Origin: Tubulanus polymorphus
Lineage: Eukaryota; Animalia; Nemertea
Reading direction: 5' to 3'
Length of the DNA: 64,000 nucleotides
NCBI RefSeq assembly: GCF_964204645.1
Contig: NC_134030.1
Span: 17,630,210 to 17,694,209, forward strand
Part shown: positions 13,636 to 26,926 of the stretch, piece after piece
Layout: every line of letters starts with the position of its first letter
Numbering within the stretch: the stretch's first letter is position 1
The notes under the pieces: model-generated
What the model saw: only the letters and a program-made list of their open reading frames with translations
Database searches by the model: none
What the model was told of the DNA's origin: nothing
Translations under genes and position numbers: made by a program

Positions 13636-14783
13636 ATGGAGATTGATACAGTGACTGTAGATGATTATGTTGCTAATGGCGACCAGGCATCAGACGGATA
13701 GGTCTACAAGAACAATGTCGATGTAGTGATTATAGGAGCCGGTTTGAGCGGTAAGATTTAATGACCCCCCTCCCCCTATTAACTCCCCTATCGGCCCCTC
13801 CCTCCCCCTATTGGCTCCTCCCTCTCCCTATCGGCTCCTCCCTCCCCCTATCGGCTCCTCCCTCCCCCTATTGGCCCTTCCCTCCCCCTATTGGCTCCTC
13901 CTCTCCCTATCGGCTCCTCCCTCCCCCTATCGGCTCCTCCCTCCCCCTATCGGCTCCTCCCTCCCCTATCGGCTCCTCTCTCTGATTGGATATAGTTATG
14001 AATTGTTTTTACAGGTTTAAGCGCTGCTAAACTTTTACGAGATCACGGTAAATCAGTCATAGTTCTAGAGGCAAGAGATCGAATTGGGGGCCGAACTTAT
14101 ACAGCACGGGTCAGTTCTAAATCAAACCACTAGGGGGCACTCACAATTTGACAATACTCTACCAGGTTCCAAGGACCAGGTTTACTGGAACTGGTCTGGA
14201 TTTACCGGACCCGGGTTTAGGTTTACCAGACTCGGGTTAGGTTAAAACTAAGCTGTGTATTTTTCTGTGTTTTATAGAGTGAGTTTGAGGAGGTGTGGAT
14301 CTCGGAGGGGAATTTGTTGCGCCACCTTTTAACCGTGTGTCACGACTGTGTCGAGAATTCGATATCAGTCTCATTGATATGAATGAATCTATCGATATTC
14401 TCAAAATACTGGTGAGTATTCCCCTTATGACATCATCGCATTACTCTCAAAATACCGGTGAGTATTCCCCCTATGACATCATCGCATAACTCTCAAAATA
14501 CCGGTATCACTGTATGTGCTACTGTTGAGATATTTGAGATGATATATTTTTCAGGGTAAAATGAATTTGGTGGAGAATAATATTTTACCCGCTGAAAGTT
14601 TATTCGATCAACTCGATTTAAACAATACGTTTAAAACTATTAACAACATGGCTCAACAGGTCACTATCAAATACCGCAGGCGTAACTATCAAATAACTAT
14701 TTGCAACATGGCTTCACAAGAAACTTTCGACAACTTGAACTAAATTTGCTGTTTACATAATTCATGTGTAGGTGCCATTGAAA
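13636..14783 (+). pseudogene. Flavin monoamine oxidase (MAO)-like pseudogene, exons 1-5 only
   Basis: Exons 13636-13750 (..DVVIIGAGLS), 14015-14109 ([32 protein letters not shown]), 14278-14411 (VDLGGEFV..), 14555-14659 (..LDLNNTFKTINNMAQQ) and 14772- (VPL..), all with GT-AG boundaries. In-frame TAG at 13699; exon 3 is out of frame. Confidence 0.85.
13766..13980. repeat. C-rich ~20-bp minisatellite (CCTCCCTCCCCCTATCGGCT)n in MAO intron 1
   Basis: Direct tandem repeats. Confidence 0.9.
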
Positions 14784-15897
14784 GTGAAAAATATGGAGCG
14801 GAAAGTCAGTCTCCAGAAAACGGGGGGTGGCCTCACTGAGGAAGATCCAGTCATTGAAAAGATCGTCGCGGCGAATGAAAACCGGGTGGCATGGAGCGGC
14901 ATTTCAGACACCGATTATCTCGACACCTATTTGAAAAGACTGGGCAACAAGAAGGTCAAGGAATATCTTTATTGGATGCATTAAATGAAGAACAGGGTAA
15001 GAAATCATTTGGTTTTGGACCCGAGGGTGTGAATCTAATGAGTTGAGCATTTGTTTACATTATCGGCTGCGTGATGACGTCATTGATGACCTTAAAACCT
15101 ATCCAGGAAGTATCCTGGAATTCCAGGGTCGGAAAATAGATCATGACCTCGTGACTAGAAGATTTAAATTCTTACTTACCCTGTTTATCTAAGCTTATGC
15201 CATGTTACCTACTGGATAGTACACTGAACACGTCTGGCCTTCCAAGCATTCCGAGCCTATAATCCCTCCAAGTGCTTTGTGATTGATACATAATCCTAAA
15301 TTTACAGTGTCTACTGCTGGACCCAAAAAAACATGCAGCAATGGCTTGCATCGTGCCACGAGCGCCGCCTTTTTTGCAGAGCAGGCAGGGCTCGAATCCC
15401 GTTGGACTCTAATATTATATTTTTTTCACACAGATTACATCGTACTCGCCAACAAAATCCTGCTGCAAGATACGGAGCTACAAGATACGGTTACGCAAAA
15501 TTATTTAAAATAATTGACCGAAAATATTTCATGCGGTTAGTGTCACAAATTATGTATTGATCAAAGTTATCAAATAATCGCATTCTAAATGTAATCTGAT
15601 TTATTTTTGTATTACAAATCGATTGTATGCTCGTTGATTGAATCTAAACATTGTCGGATGTTTCATTAAACGTCAACTTAATCCAAACCACGCACGATCA
15701 TAAATTCATTTCTCGTTCCAGAAAACAAAGCGAAGAAAAGAAGATTTACCCAGCAGGATCTCCTTAATGAACAAGTTATGTTCATGAAGGCCAAAACAAA
15801 GAAAATGGAAATGGAAATGTCCGCCTTCGAAAAAGAATCAGCATTGCGTGTTCGCCTGTTAGAATTGAAGATAAAACACTTAGAAAAAGAGGAATAA
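14784..15897 (+). pseudogene. Harbinger Myb/SANT-like DNA-binding partner protein, C-terminal part
   Basis: RKVSLQKTGGG motif, typical of the end of Harbinger Myb/SANT-like domains. Coiled-coil last exon (..EKESALRVRLLELKIKHLEKEE*). Confidence 0.6.
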
Positions 15898-16748
15898 TTG
15901 TGTATAAAATAGTGAATTTGTTTGTTTACTTTTCAAAAGTTTTATATATTTCATATATTTGTTAATTCTGTTATCAAATAAATTGCCGCAAAAGTTCCAT
16001 TTTTTGAAATAATTGTTACATGTTCTCTCCTGTGTTAGCAGCATTATGTGGAGGATGTTGGAGTGTCAGTCGCTGAGGGAAAAAATGTGGAAATTATCCC
16101 TGTTGGTAAAAATGTTCAAGTCTATGGAAAAGATCTTTTTTTTAATTCTAAATTTTTGATATAGTTGAAGTGATAAATAAGTACTAATCCTAAACTCCCT
16201 CAATAGTTCATGCTTCCGTCGTTATGATTCTAAATCCGAAATTCGAATATATTTTTTTTAAATATTGACCAAATTTCCATACCACAATCATTTACAGTGT
16301 TATGTAAAACCCCAAATGAAAATAGATAGTACTTTTTACGATTAAATTTAGGAACTAATATGTAGATAGATATTGTATTACTACTTTTATACTATATTTC
16401 TTCATAGAAATTTCCAAACTGCGATAATGTCACCACAGAGTATTTGAAAAGTTTGTGAAATTAAAATATTTTGTTGAATTTTGCTCCGAATTCAAATTTG
16501 GAGGAATTTTACCAGGGGATACTACTTACCAGTTACCAAATCTAATATCATCAATAACCTCTAACATTTACCTAATTAGTGTCGAAAAACGAAAACTTGA
16601 AATTTCTAATACGTGCACATTTTTTTGATGATTTGATACTCAAGTCTGCATTAATTGTATGACAGAAAACTCATGGCATTGGTTATTGAATTGTCCAATC
16701 ATCTTTTCCACACACTCTTCACCAATTACAAGTAGAACCGAATCTTAT

Positions 16749-18229
16749 TTAAAAATAAGTGTTTGTGATATATGTTCTCATATGTAGCCCTTGTTCATCA
16801 GCGGCATGTGCAACATGGTTTTCATCTACTACTAGTTCATAATTCACTGCATCTTCAACCTCTTTATTCATTATTGCGAAATTATGCAATACTGCACATG
16901 CTGTTATAACCTTTCATGCTTTTGTAGGAGCTAATCTTAATTCACCATGTAAACAGTGAAATCTTCTCTTTAGCCATCCAAATGTTCTATCTATAGTTGA
17001 CCTGGTTTGTTTATGAGATCTATTAAAGTTATGTTGTTGCAGTCCATTACAATTCAAGTATGGTGTAATGAGGTGTTGTTTTAAGGCATATCCACTATCC
17101 CCAAGCAAGTGACCTTTGTAAGGGGTTATATTCAAGTATCTAAAATGTAAGATTATAATTGATTAATTAAAAAACATGGATTTTTTATATTGAAGTTAGA
17201 GTAGACATTTTCTATTTAGTAACCTATTGCATTTTGCGAAGTTTATTAGGCTTAAATAACTAATCGGGGCTATGCCAACAACGGCTGAAGCAACATTAAG
17301 CACTTTAGTTATATTCAACTCCTTGTAGGCCAATATTGCTTTTACATTTACTACGCGGCCTTTAATTTCTCAATACGTTATCTGGCAAGCGAAGAGGCTC
17401 TGCAGATGAAGCTATCGTGACAACTTCCTGGCCATTGTGCAACGATATTCGTAAATAATCCTGAAAATGAAATGAATGTTCTAAAAGCATAAGCTAAAAA
17501 GTATGAATATCTTACCAAAATCCCTCCCCCTCCCTTAGCCGGAGCTCAGACCAAATTCCAAAATCTTCTAAAGTATATATTTCGAATCTTGTTATTTGCG
17601 AGTCAATTAAATATCTATTTTTTGTACCAATAAATTTGCGGTGTGTAAATGTATATGCTTACATATCTTACTATAGATATTAAACTTACCATCGGCATTG
17701 CAAACAGCCTGCACATTGATACTATGGTATCCCTTTCCATTAACATAGTCGGCTTCATTCTCATTTGGTCCCTGTATTCGTATGTGCGTTCCATCGATGC
17801 ACCCAATTATACCAGGAAATTGCGATATCAGATAAAAGTCCGCTTTCGTTTTTGCGATTTCAATATTTGACGTGGGAAATTTTATAAACTCATTCTTCAA
17901 CGAGCATAGAGCATTGGTCACTTCGCTTATACATCTTGACACCGTCGATTTGCTCACCCCAAAACTATCAGCAATCACTTCTAAGAAGGATCCACTTGCG
18001 TAAAAGCGCAATGCTATCAGAAGTTTGTTTTTTTTTTGGTTAAAGGTAGACCACGTTTCGAATCTCTGTCAACGAGATGGTGTGATAACAGACCGTAAAG
18101 TCGCTCAATGCCTGCTAAACTAAATCTATATCGGTGGTAGCATTCATCATCTGTTAAAATACGGTCTATCCTCGAGGAATATGACTTTTCCTTAGCTTGT
18201 CGCCCAGCCATCAAGTAGAAAGCAGCCAT
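16749..18229 (-). pseudogene. Harbinger (HARBI1-like) DDE transposase, intron-containing, disrupted
   Basis: [63 protein letters not shown] and ACAVLHN motifs. Frameshift at ~18020 and a stop at 16914. Confidence 0.9.
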
Positions 18230-18589
18230 TTTTATCTCTGAGTTAAGGATTTAACTAGTCTGACCCTGGGTTAAAATTTAACTTTTTTCCAATTTTAACC
18301 CTAGGGTCAAATCTAACCGAAAACTATGGAACAGATTTGACCCTAGGGTTAAAATTTGACGGGGGTTAAGGAATTTGACCCTAGGGTTAAAATTTAACCC
18401 ACAACTATGGAACCGGGTCCTGGTATTTATATAGAATAAGACGAAGCTAATTACAAACAATTTCAAATTACTGAGTGACAGGATAATCATAATATAAAGA
18501 TAATAAATTACACGCAATCTAAATTACTGAGTGAAGATATTTGACTAGTAGTTAATTATCTAACAACATTAAGAATAAAACCCCTGTGA

Positions 18590-19144
18590 AGCTGGCTCCC
18601 GGTTCCCGGTTCCTTATTCGGCTCCCGATTCAAAATGCTATTGAACCGGGAGCCGAATCGGGAACCGGGAACCGGGAGCCGGCTACTGGTTCAGCTCCCG
18701 ATTCAAAATGCTTTTGAACCGGGAGCCGAATCGGGAACCGGGAACCGGGAGCCGGCTACTGGTTCAGCTCCCGATTCAAAATGCTTTTGAACCGGGAGCC
18801 GAATCGGGAACCGGGAACCGGGAGCCGGCTACTGGTTCAGCTCCCGATTCAAAATGCTTTTGAACCGGGAGCCGAATCGGGAACCGGGAACCGGGAGCCG
18901 GCTACTGGTTCAGCTCCCGATTCAAAATGCTTTTGAACCGGGAGCCGAATCGGGAACCGGGAGCCGGCTACTGGTTCAGCTCCAGATTCAAAATGCTTTT
19001 GAACCGGGAGCCGAATCGGGAACCGGGAGCCGGCTACTGGTTCAGCTCCAGATTCAAAATGCTTTTGAACCGGGAGCCGAATCGGGAACCGGGAACCGGG
19101 AGCCGGCTACTGGTTCAGCTCCCGATTCAAAATGTGAAGCTGGC
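18590..19144. repeat. 66-73-bp tandem array (..TTCAAAATGCTTTTGAACCGGGAGCCGAATCGGGAACCGGG..), ~7 copies
   Basis: Direct tandem repeats bracketed by GTGAAGCTGGCT at both ends; probably the internal array of a MITE. Confidence 0.9.
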
Positions 19145-19422
19145 TACTTATTCGCCAGGTGGCGCTGGTGTACACTGTGTTGTAGTCCAGACATTTTACG
19201 TAACTATGTCTACTCTGCTGATAAACAAACTCGACCTCGACCTTGACAACAAATCGCCAGGTGATGGCGTGAGCCAATCCAGACGTCTAAACACGATTGC
19301 GTATGCGACCGCGAGAGCGGTCAGCTGTAGCTTCACTTCAGGATAGAACGATAACCACACTCAAACGTGGTGAACGGATAATAAAAATTTTTTAGATTCA
19401 ATAAATAAATTCTTGTTTTTAC

Positions 19423-19548
<126 letters not shown>

Positions 19549-20149
19549 GTACAACACCCCCATAATCGAACGGGCACTATATAATTAATATAATTCATAT
19601 TCGAAGAGGAAAGAGCATCGTATCCTCAATTAATACGCTTTATTCTTAAGTTAGATCACGGATTAGGGTTAGGATTAGGTTTAGCAATACGACTGTTGAA
19701 TCTTCACAAATAGCGTAGTCTACTAGCATGCGTCGAATATATTATGTTTAAGGTTTTAGTTATGTCCACATATCGTGTTAGGTGAAGGAAAAGGGTTAGG
19801 GTTAGGTTTAGATTTAGGCATAATGAACATAAGACCTACTTTTTGGAATAATGAAACTCACAAATTGCGCAGTTTTCTTACCTAGCATAAAACCATAGCT
19901 AATATTTTATGTTTAAGGATTCAGTCGTGTTTAGATAGTTGGTTTGCTCAAGGATTAGGGTTAGGGTGAGGTTTAGGCATAATAGGAGTGAGCATTTTAT
20001 TTTAACGGACCACCGGTCAATGTCAAGTTAATTTAAAATGTTTAGTCTAATGCTTAGTTATATCACACTGTCCACGATCTCCACACTGTAAATATTATAA
20101 CACCAAAAATATCACTCATTCACTAAAATCAAAGTCGACTTTACACAGT

Positions 20150-20390
20150 AAGTTACACCCTGACGATGTCCACGCTAAAATCAAAGTCTACTAAGGCATT
20201 GTATGGTACCACGTTGACGATGTCCACGCTGTCTACACTAAAATCACATTCTATACTATAAGGCATAGTAAGGTACCACGCTGACGATGTCCACGCTGTC
20301 TACACCAAAATCACATTCTATACTATAAGGCATAGTAAGGTACCACGCTGACGATGTCCACGCTGTCTGCACTATAATCAAAGTCTACTA
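20150..20390. repeat. Degenerate ~69-bp tandem repeat (GGTACCACGCTGACGATGTCCACGCTGTCTACAC..)
   Basis: 3-4 diverged copies. Confidence 0.8.
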
Positions 20391-21665
20391 TAACACACAG
20401 TACATATACAAGGTACGACGCTATCACAGTCGATTACACGAAGTCAAGGTCTACTATAACTCAGTACAACGATTTGGTGGCGCTACTAATAAAAAATAAT
20501 TCAATTCAATTAAACGTCATTTACATGTTACAAAATCAACATTCTCCATTTACATGATTTAAACTAATAAACATGCTCCTCTAGGATACCTAAACTGCAG
20601 TCATATCCCCTTTTGTTATTCTGTTGATTAATATTATCATTACAGATTATCCACTAGAATTCATATTCTATCAGATTCGACAACTAACAGCTTCTAAACG
20701 AAATGATGAACTCTGATAGTAATATAAAACGTCTTTCTGTCTGCGTAGATTCTATGTATGTTACTGTCCACCCTATTTTAAACTTAAAATCACTTACTGT
20801 CAGCATAGAACTATAAGCGAACAGGAAGGCTGACTCCTCAAAACTCAACTAGGTGCCGCTAGTAATCTTGTGTTTTGTTCAACGCACTCACCGTTGGCGA
20901 TAAACGATAGATGTTGTAGACTGGTTGCCGGTCTCTATTCTTAATTTAGCGTTTTTCATTGATGTGTTTAAGTCTTAATACTAAATCTTGAAAAACGGCA
21001 ATGTTCAATGCTCGCATAGAAAATATAATCGAAGATATTTCCGAGAACCTATTGTGTATTGCCACGGTGAGAGCGCTGATTAATTTCGAAGTTAGCAAAG
21101 GCAAATGTATAGTGGCGTCACAAAGTTGGCCTTTCCTTTCGCTTATTGTTCTTTGCCAAACAGACGAACAACAAATTTGCTTATTTTGCAGATACCACTA
21201 CCTCAAAATAGATATTCAAGGCCTTTTTGTAAGATTTCATCAATCCGAATGACCCATTCCAATCAGGGCCAAGGTTTGGCAAGTGACACATCCTAACAGT
21301 AGTCATTAGTCTATATTGGAAATGGAACGTGTAAATTGAGTAAAAATAATACATCAAAGATTTAATTCAGTTGATATTGAAAGCCGGTTACTGAACCAGG
21401 ATAAAAATTTGATAGATATTTATTTCTAAAAGCCGCTAACATGTGTTTCCAAAACGACCATAAAAGGAGAACGATTTTGTGTAATATCGTGTCAACACAC
21501 GTCAAACCAAGAACTCTGTTCGAGTGTATCCTCACTGGTAACGAGGTAAGTGAAGCTATAGACGACAAGCTCAAATATTACATTGCATAGTTACATGTAG
21601 ATGTAACTCCGTAAATGTTATATACTTGTTATTTCAGTAAATCTGATTGAATCATTTATTTCAGA

Positions 21666-22139
21666 ATGTTTACTAAAACTCTTTTCATCGCGTTGGCCTT
21701 GTTTATGGTCATTGGAGCCGTCGCGGCAACTGATGGTAGGTTTTAATAGTAAATCGATTCAATTGGTTTATATACATGTTTTAACTCGGCAAACGTACAC
21801 GTTAGTTCATTCTACGAAGCCTAAATTGACGTAGGAATAATAGTAAAGATCTTGTTCACCCATTTCACGTGCACTGTTCGCATACGATATTTTGTCCGTC
21901 AAACGGCAGTCAACCGGCAGTTAACTTTTTACTCGAGACCAATACTCGGGATTGGAACCTGTTTGTTTCGGGCCGTCCGGTTAATGATTGTAATAAGTCC
22001 GAGCTAATTTACAGATGTGCGAAAGGTGAAGAGAGGAACCCCGTGTTGGTGCGGTAAAACAAAGGGTGTATATTGGTGGCTCGGTAACTATAAGGCAAAG
22101 AATTGTTGTTATGTCCCTTACGGGTCATGTTGTCATTAA
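21666..22139 (+). CDS. Secreted cysteine-rich peptide precursor (64 aa), APETx/BDS-like beta-defensin-fold toxin or defence peptide; join(21666..21735,22015..22139)
   Basis: MFTKTLFIALALFMVIGAVAATD-D-VRKVKR|GTPCWCGKTKGVYWWLGNYKAKNCCYVPYGSCCH*. It has a signal peptide, a KR processing site and six Cys. The phase-1 intron has GTAGG..CTAAT..ACAG, and there is a probable 5'UTR donor GAG|GTAAGT at ~21545. Confidence 0.85.
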
Positions 22140-23658
22140 CACAGGAGCTGGAGAGATGTGCAGATATTGAATACACGATATATTTGTGACATTCAATGCT
22201 CTGTGTTTGTTTCTTGTTTTCTTTTTGTCAACAATTGAGGATATGTGTCAGTCATTGCAAGCACTCATTTAAAAGGGTGCCCCGGGTTCGAAACCACTCA
22301 TTTTCAGAGTTGTTCCAATGACAAATGGAGGATAAACGGTCCGAGATGCTACGGGTTGGAACCCAGTCGCAGTGGTACTGCTGAATGACTCGGACCGTTA
22401 AAAGATTAAAAGTGACCCGGTTTCGAATCAAGAGTTCGGACACCAAGATAGTTCAAATGTTCTACACCTAGTGCACTTCAATTCAAGACAAGTGAACACG
22501 ATCAATTTGTATCTAATGAGTTTGACACAAGCCGGAACAAACGATGCTACAAATTCCAGACGCACAAGCAGGTGACGATGGTCGAACTAGAAGTTCCGAG
22601 AACTGGAATGGCAAACCATACGCAGTCGCTCACATTCTGTATTACGTCACAAATATATTCATAAATAATGATACAAGTACTAATATCTATTCATAGTCCG
22701 TTACATAAAATGACTCAACTGATTTTAGAAATTCGAGATGATACAACAATTAGATGAATACAAGAGATCCACGGATCTTAATATCTCGGGCGCAGAATGT
22801 AATCTTTGTAATGCATAGGCGCCATCTGATTGATACATCTGTAAGGTTTTCCTTGAACACTTCATGGATGTGTAAAATCTGCTAATTTCGGTGAACATCA
22901 TCGAAATCTAGTCAACAATCATCGCGGCAATACACGAGGTTTGGGCCTATTCTATTGTGCGCGCATAATCTTCCTTGAAGGAGCGTATCGATTGAATCTT
23001 CGGTTATTTGCATAATGAAATAGATATGGGGAGATGGAATCGATACTACGGCTATCAAAATAAAAATAAACATATAAGACTCTCCCATGACTGGGAAATG
23101 AGAAACTAGAACCGAGCAGATTTATAGATGAAAAGAATAAAAGACCGGTTTGTCTGCGTCAATCGAATATGCCCTTACATTGATTGACAGCGGGAGCTCA
23201 GCCAACCGCAGGGAGCAGTTATTTTACTTCAATGTAACCTTGTACATCGGCCTTCTAGCCGTTTTATGAAACAAAATACTCCTTGAAATTTCTGTAAAAA
23301 TCGCCACAAATCCGTCGATTTCTCTTCAATGAACGCGATATTCAAAATTTCATTTCCAACAGATTTTAGCCGCACGATTAAGCTACATTTTGCACATAAA
23401 CATAGTAGATTGCATGACTTCGTGTAAAAGTTATAACCTCATTTGTTAGCAAAAATTTTCGATTTTTGGACCCATTACAACATCTCGAGCTTCGCCCGAG
23501 ATAATAAAGATGATAGCTTTAAACAGAAAACAGTTGGCGGATATATAACAAACCAACGAAGAATAAACAATATAATCTAATTTAAAAAGTTCCAGTTAAA
23601 ATCTTTTATATAGTGCTCATTGAATAGGTGAGTTTTCAATTGTGAAGTGAAACTAAAA

Positions 23659-23779
23659 AGGGGAGGGAGGGAGGGAGGGAGGGAGGGAGGGAGGGAGGGA
23701 GGGAGGGAGGGAGGGAGGGAGGGAGGGAGGGAGGGAGGGAGGGAGGGAGGGAGGGAGGGAGGGAGGGAGGGAGGGAGGG
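23659..23779. repeat. (GGGA)n microsatellite
   Basis: Direct reading. Confidence 0.99.
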
Positions 23780-24056
23780 TGCACGCGGCAAAGCATTCCA
23801 ATGGCACCGCAACAGCTCAAGAGCCATAAAATAGTTGTCGGTATATTGGTTCAAATGATTTAATTGCGACAGTCAAGCACGTGCATCTGGAAGGTGTAAG
23901 AATAACAAGAACTGACCAAGGATAAACGGTTCTAAACGATATATGATATAAACCCGACTACCCCGCGCACCATCGACGTTACTTCAAAACATCAACGAGA
24001 TCGAATCGTTACGGCGGATTTTGAGTTTTATTTCAGCGCAGAATCTGTTATCAGAC

Positions 24057-24332
24057 TCACCGACGAGAAGGTATTATGTTATCACTACAGAATATCGACG
24101 GCTCGATGTTGTAGTATAGTTTGATGTTAAAAGATCCCGGTAAAGAGCTGTTGACGAACCAACGACATTCAACACCGCGCGTTAACGACGAGTAATTCGG
24201 TGAAACGATGTAACCGGACGTAGAATCGACGGGGTACCAAGTGTTGTTGAACATATAATTTACAATCGGAGGAGTCTCAGATCGATGATAATTTCCGTCG
24301 TTGAAAAGTTGAAAAATCTTCAATACACGCAT
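24057..24332 (-). CDS. CUB-domain-like exon fragment of an unidentified host gene or pseudogene
   Basis: STSGYIVSPNY...ECRWFV...C pattern of a CUB N-terminal half; ends near a GTGAG donor. No complete gene model could be built. Confidence 0.45.
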   Translation of the reverse strand: MRVLKIFQLFNDGNYHRSETPPIVNYMFNNTWYPVDSTSGYIVSPNYSSLTRGVECRWFVNSSLPGSFNIKLYYNIEPSIFCSDNIIPSRR

Positions 24333-25678
24333 TTCGTACGTCCACTTAAAAGTACATACCGTATCTTAGGTTACAGCGAATTTAATTTCTAAGTTTCTTC
24401 TTAAATCAACGGCGCAAAATATTATCAGCATTTCATTCCATAATTCACAAAATGTCGTTCAGGCTAGAATATTGTCTCGTGCCATATATTATCTGCTAAA
24501 GAAAGCGGGCTCAGATTTGGATTATGTTAAATTGAATTAAAGTGAATTCATTCAGTACAAAATAATGCGCTGTTTGTACCTCGTACGCGGTTCTCGGATA
24601 TTTCCATTCATTGTGTGAACTGCGCGGTTATATGGATCTAACAAATTCTATACTGCGCGGTTATATGGACCTAACAAATTCTATACTGAACGCTGAGTGT
24701 GTCAGTCTGGCCAGACGGTGGTTGTTCGGTGATAGGAGCGGTTCGCGTCGCAGTTAATTCAGTAGGATAAAACATTACGTATTCGTGTAAGTTGATAATG
24801 TATTTCATTTCGATTTACAAACGTCGCGCTTCCTTAAATGATACATTTCGATTTTACTCAATTTACAAAAATGCAAAATTTCCTGAAATATAGAGACGCG
24901 GAAAATGCCAAATTTCTTCCGACTTGTTCGAGTGACTAAATTTTGACTGAAATATTGTATCGATCGGAAACTTGGAGAAACTTCATTTCTCACATTTATG
25001 TGTTTAGTCGCATACAAGTAGAGGTCCATTTCCGTGTTTTGAGGTCCATTTCCGTGTTTTGGAGGCTTTGATATATTCGACTTTTTCGTTGTTTTTCTGA
25101 ACGTTCTGTTGGTTCATATTTTCCAGAAAGCTTTAATAACAGTGTGTGATCTATGATAGTTAATATTAGCTCAATATTACGACGCGAGTTGTTGCTACTT
25201 GGATCGTGGTCGCGTCGCCGGCACGGCTTATACCAGAATGAATTGTACGAACGAATTGTAAGTACGTATTGGTTGAATTCGGAGTTATTTGACCGTTTTA
25301 TGCTAAATTGAGAAATATCGTTTTTTAATAAAATAATGTTTAGAAAAGCTAGTTCCACATACATTTAAACTGGCCCAAACTCGAGATCAATCTGTTCCAG
25401 TAATGTGTCTTCAAATTCGGTCTGCATAATTCAAGATTACTGCACGGATATACATATATTGAACATGGCTCTAAGTTTAATTTTCATAAACCAGGTTGAC
25501 ACCCTGTCTCAGGCATCAGGCCTTTACAGATAATGATTCTTCTAAGTCAAATTAGAAATTTTCATGCATTCAATTGTTGCTTTTTCAGTGAGCAGCAGCC
25601 AAGCCTCACTTTCTTTTCACCAGAATCTGATGGCTACCATTACTGTGAGGCTGACTAAACCACCGTTAATTCCGGACC

Positions 25679-26900
25679 GTGCGAAATAATCCACATTGCT
25701 CCACACAGAAATTGTCGGCGAGTAGATTTGCTGTTGTGTTAAAACTGAATATAACAGATTACAATGTTCATGAATCGAATCAAATTTTGATAGTTGTTAG
25801 TTTTCCTTCGGTTGATATATCTTATGATATTGGGTATTACAAGTTTTCTTGCATAGAGAATAAAACAGTTGCTTCTAGGCATCAGATTCCTTTGAGCCTT
25901 GCATGTGCGTTAACCGTCCATCGTTGTCAAGGTATGACTTTGGACAGTGTGGTTGTCGATTGTACCCATATTAAAACCCCTGGTCAACTTGGCGTTGCTA
26001 TTAGTCGAGTTCCAAGTCAAGAATTTTTCTTTCTGAGAAATTTCTCCATGCGAAAGTGTATTATTCCTCCTAGTCCAGATGTAGAAACGTTCTATTCATC
26101 AATTGATTCCAGAAGATTCAGTTCCGATTTGACATGTTGTTTTGTTAGTAGTTCTCATGAATGCACTACTGATTTATGTGTAGACATTGATGATGAAGAG
26201 GATGAATTGAGAGAACTCAAATTAGTTTTAGATTTTGTGCTAGATAATGATGTGCCTTCATTGCCAAACAATAGTACCGAAAATGTTTCTTAACCCGATT
26301 GGATAGATCCCATCAGTATTATTCATAAACTTTTAGTTCATAATCCGTCCATACCATACCAAACTAGTTGTATTATTTGAGAACAAATTTTGGGAAAAAA
26401 AAGAAAATTTGTTAAATGTTTGTTAGAAAATGTGATCATTTCTTGAAACGTTCTATTATTCACATATCACAGTAGAGAAACCAACTACCAAACATTGGAA
26501 TGCGTATAATAAATGTGTGCAATCGTTCCTTTTAAGCAGTGATTTTGATCAGTTAGCCTGTCAGTTGCTTACACAACGTAGTGTTATATCCGATGATCAG
26601 TATTCCGTTTGTTCCTCATTATTTTTCGAGTTAAATTCTTCATTTCTTGAAAATAAAGCACTAGCGAGAGTTTTATCTGTACCAATTCCAGCATCAGTGT
26701 CTTCTGAAATAAAGTCAAGTATGCTCGGTAAAGTTCGATATGTTGGTTCATACTGTATTATGAAGATCATTAAAAGATACAAACGCTGTTTAAGATCTGC
26801 AGAATGGATGTAGCATCGCCTCAATTGTTCGGTGCTTAACTTAAGAAGGACATTCTAGAATCACTGACTACATCTCAAAGTGAACTTTTACAAAGTTGTA
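25679..26900 (+). pseudogene. Pif1-family helicase C-terminal remnant (probably TE-borne)
   Basis: RHQIPLSLACALTVHRCQGMTLDSVVVD..PGQLGVAISRV (Pif1 motifs IV-VI). A broken downstream frame contains GKVRYVGSYC. Confidence 0.75.
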
Positions 26901-26926
26901 GTTTTCCGGAAACCCTTGAAGAAACT

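Larger units (their letters stand above)
14784..18420. mobile_element. PIF/Harbinger DNA transposon, left-truncated
   Basis: Convergent transposase (-) and Myb/SANT-partner remnant (+). The right terminus reverse-complements to GGACCCGGTTCCATAGTTG and has subterminal TTAACCCTAGGGTTAA-type palindromes at 18260-18400. Confidence 0.85.

Noticed and set aside
19660-19980. Telomere (TTAGGG)n
   Set aside because: Only short, degenerate, interspersed TTAGGG/TTAGG units of the kind found inside repeats; not a telomeric tract.
20150-20390. Further hammerhead array (CTGACGA in a ~69-bp repeat)
   Set aside because: No stem II followed by GAAA, so the core is incomplete.
22252-23000. Possible additional minus-strand exons of the CUB-containing gene
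   Set aside because: The composition looks coding-like, but the frames contain stops and I could not identify a domain.
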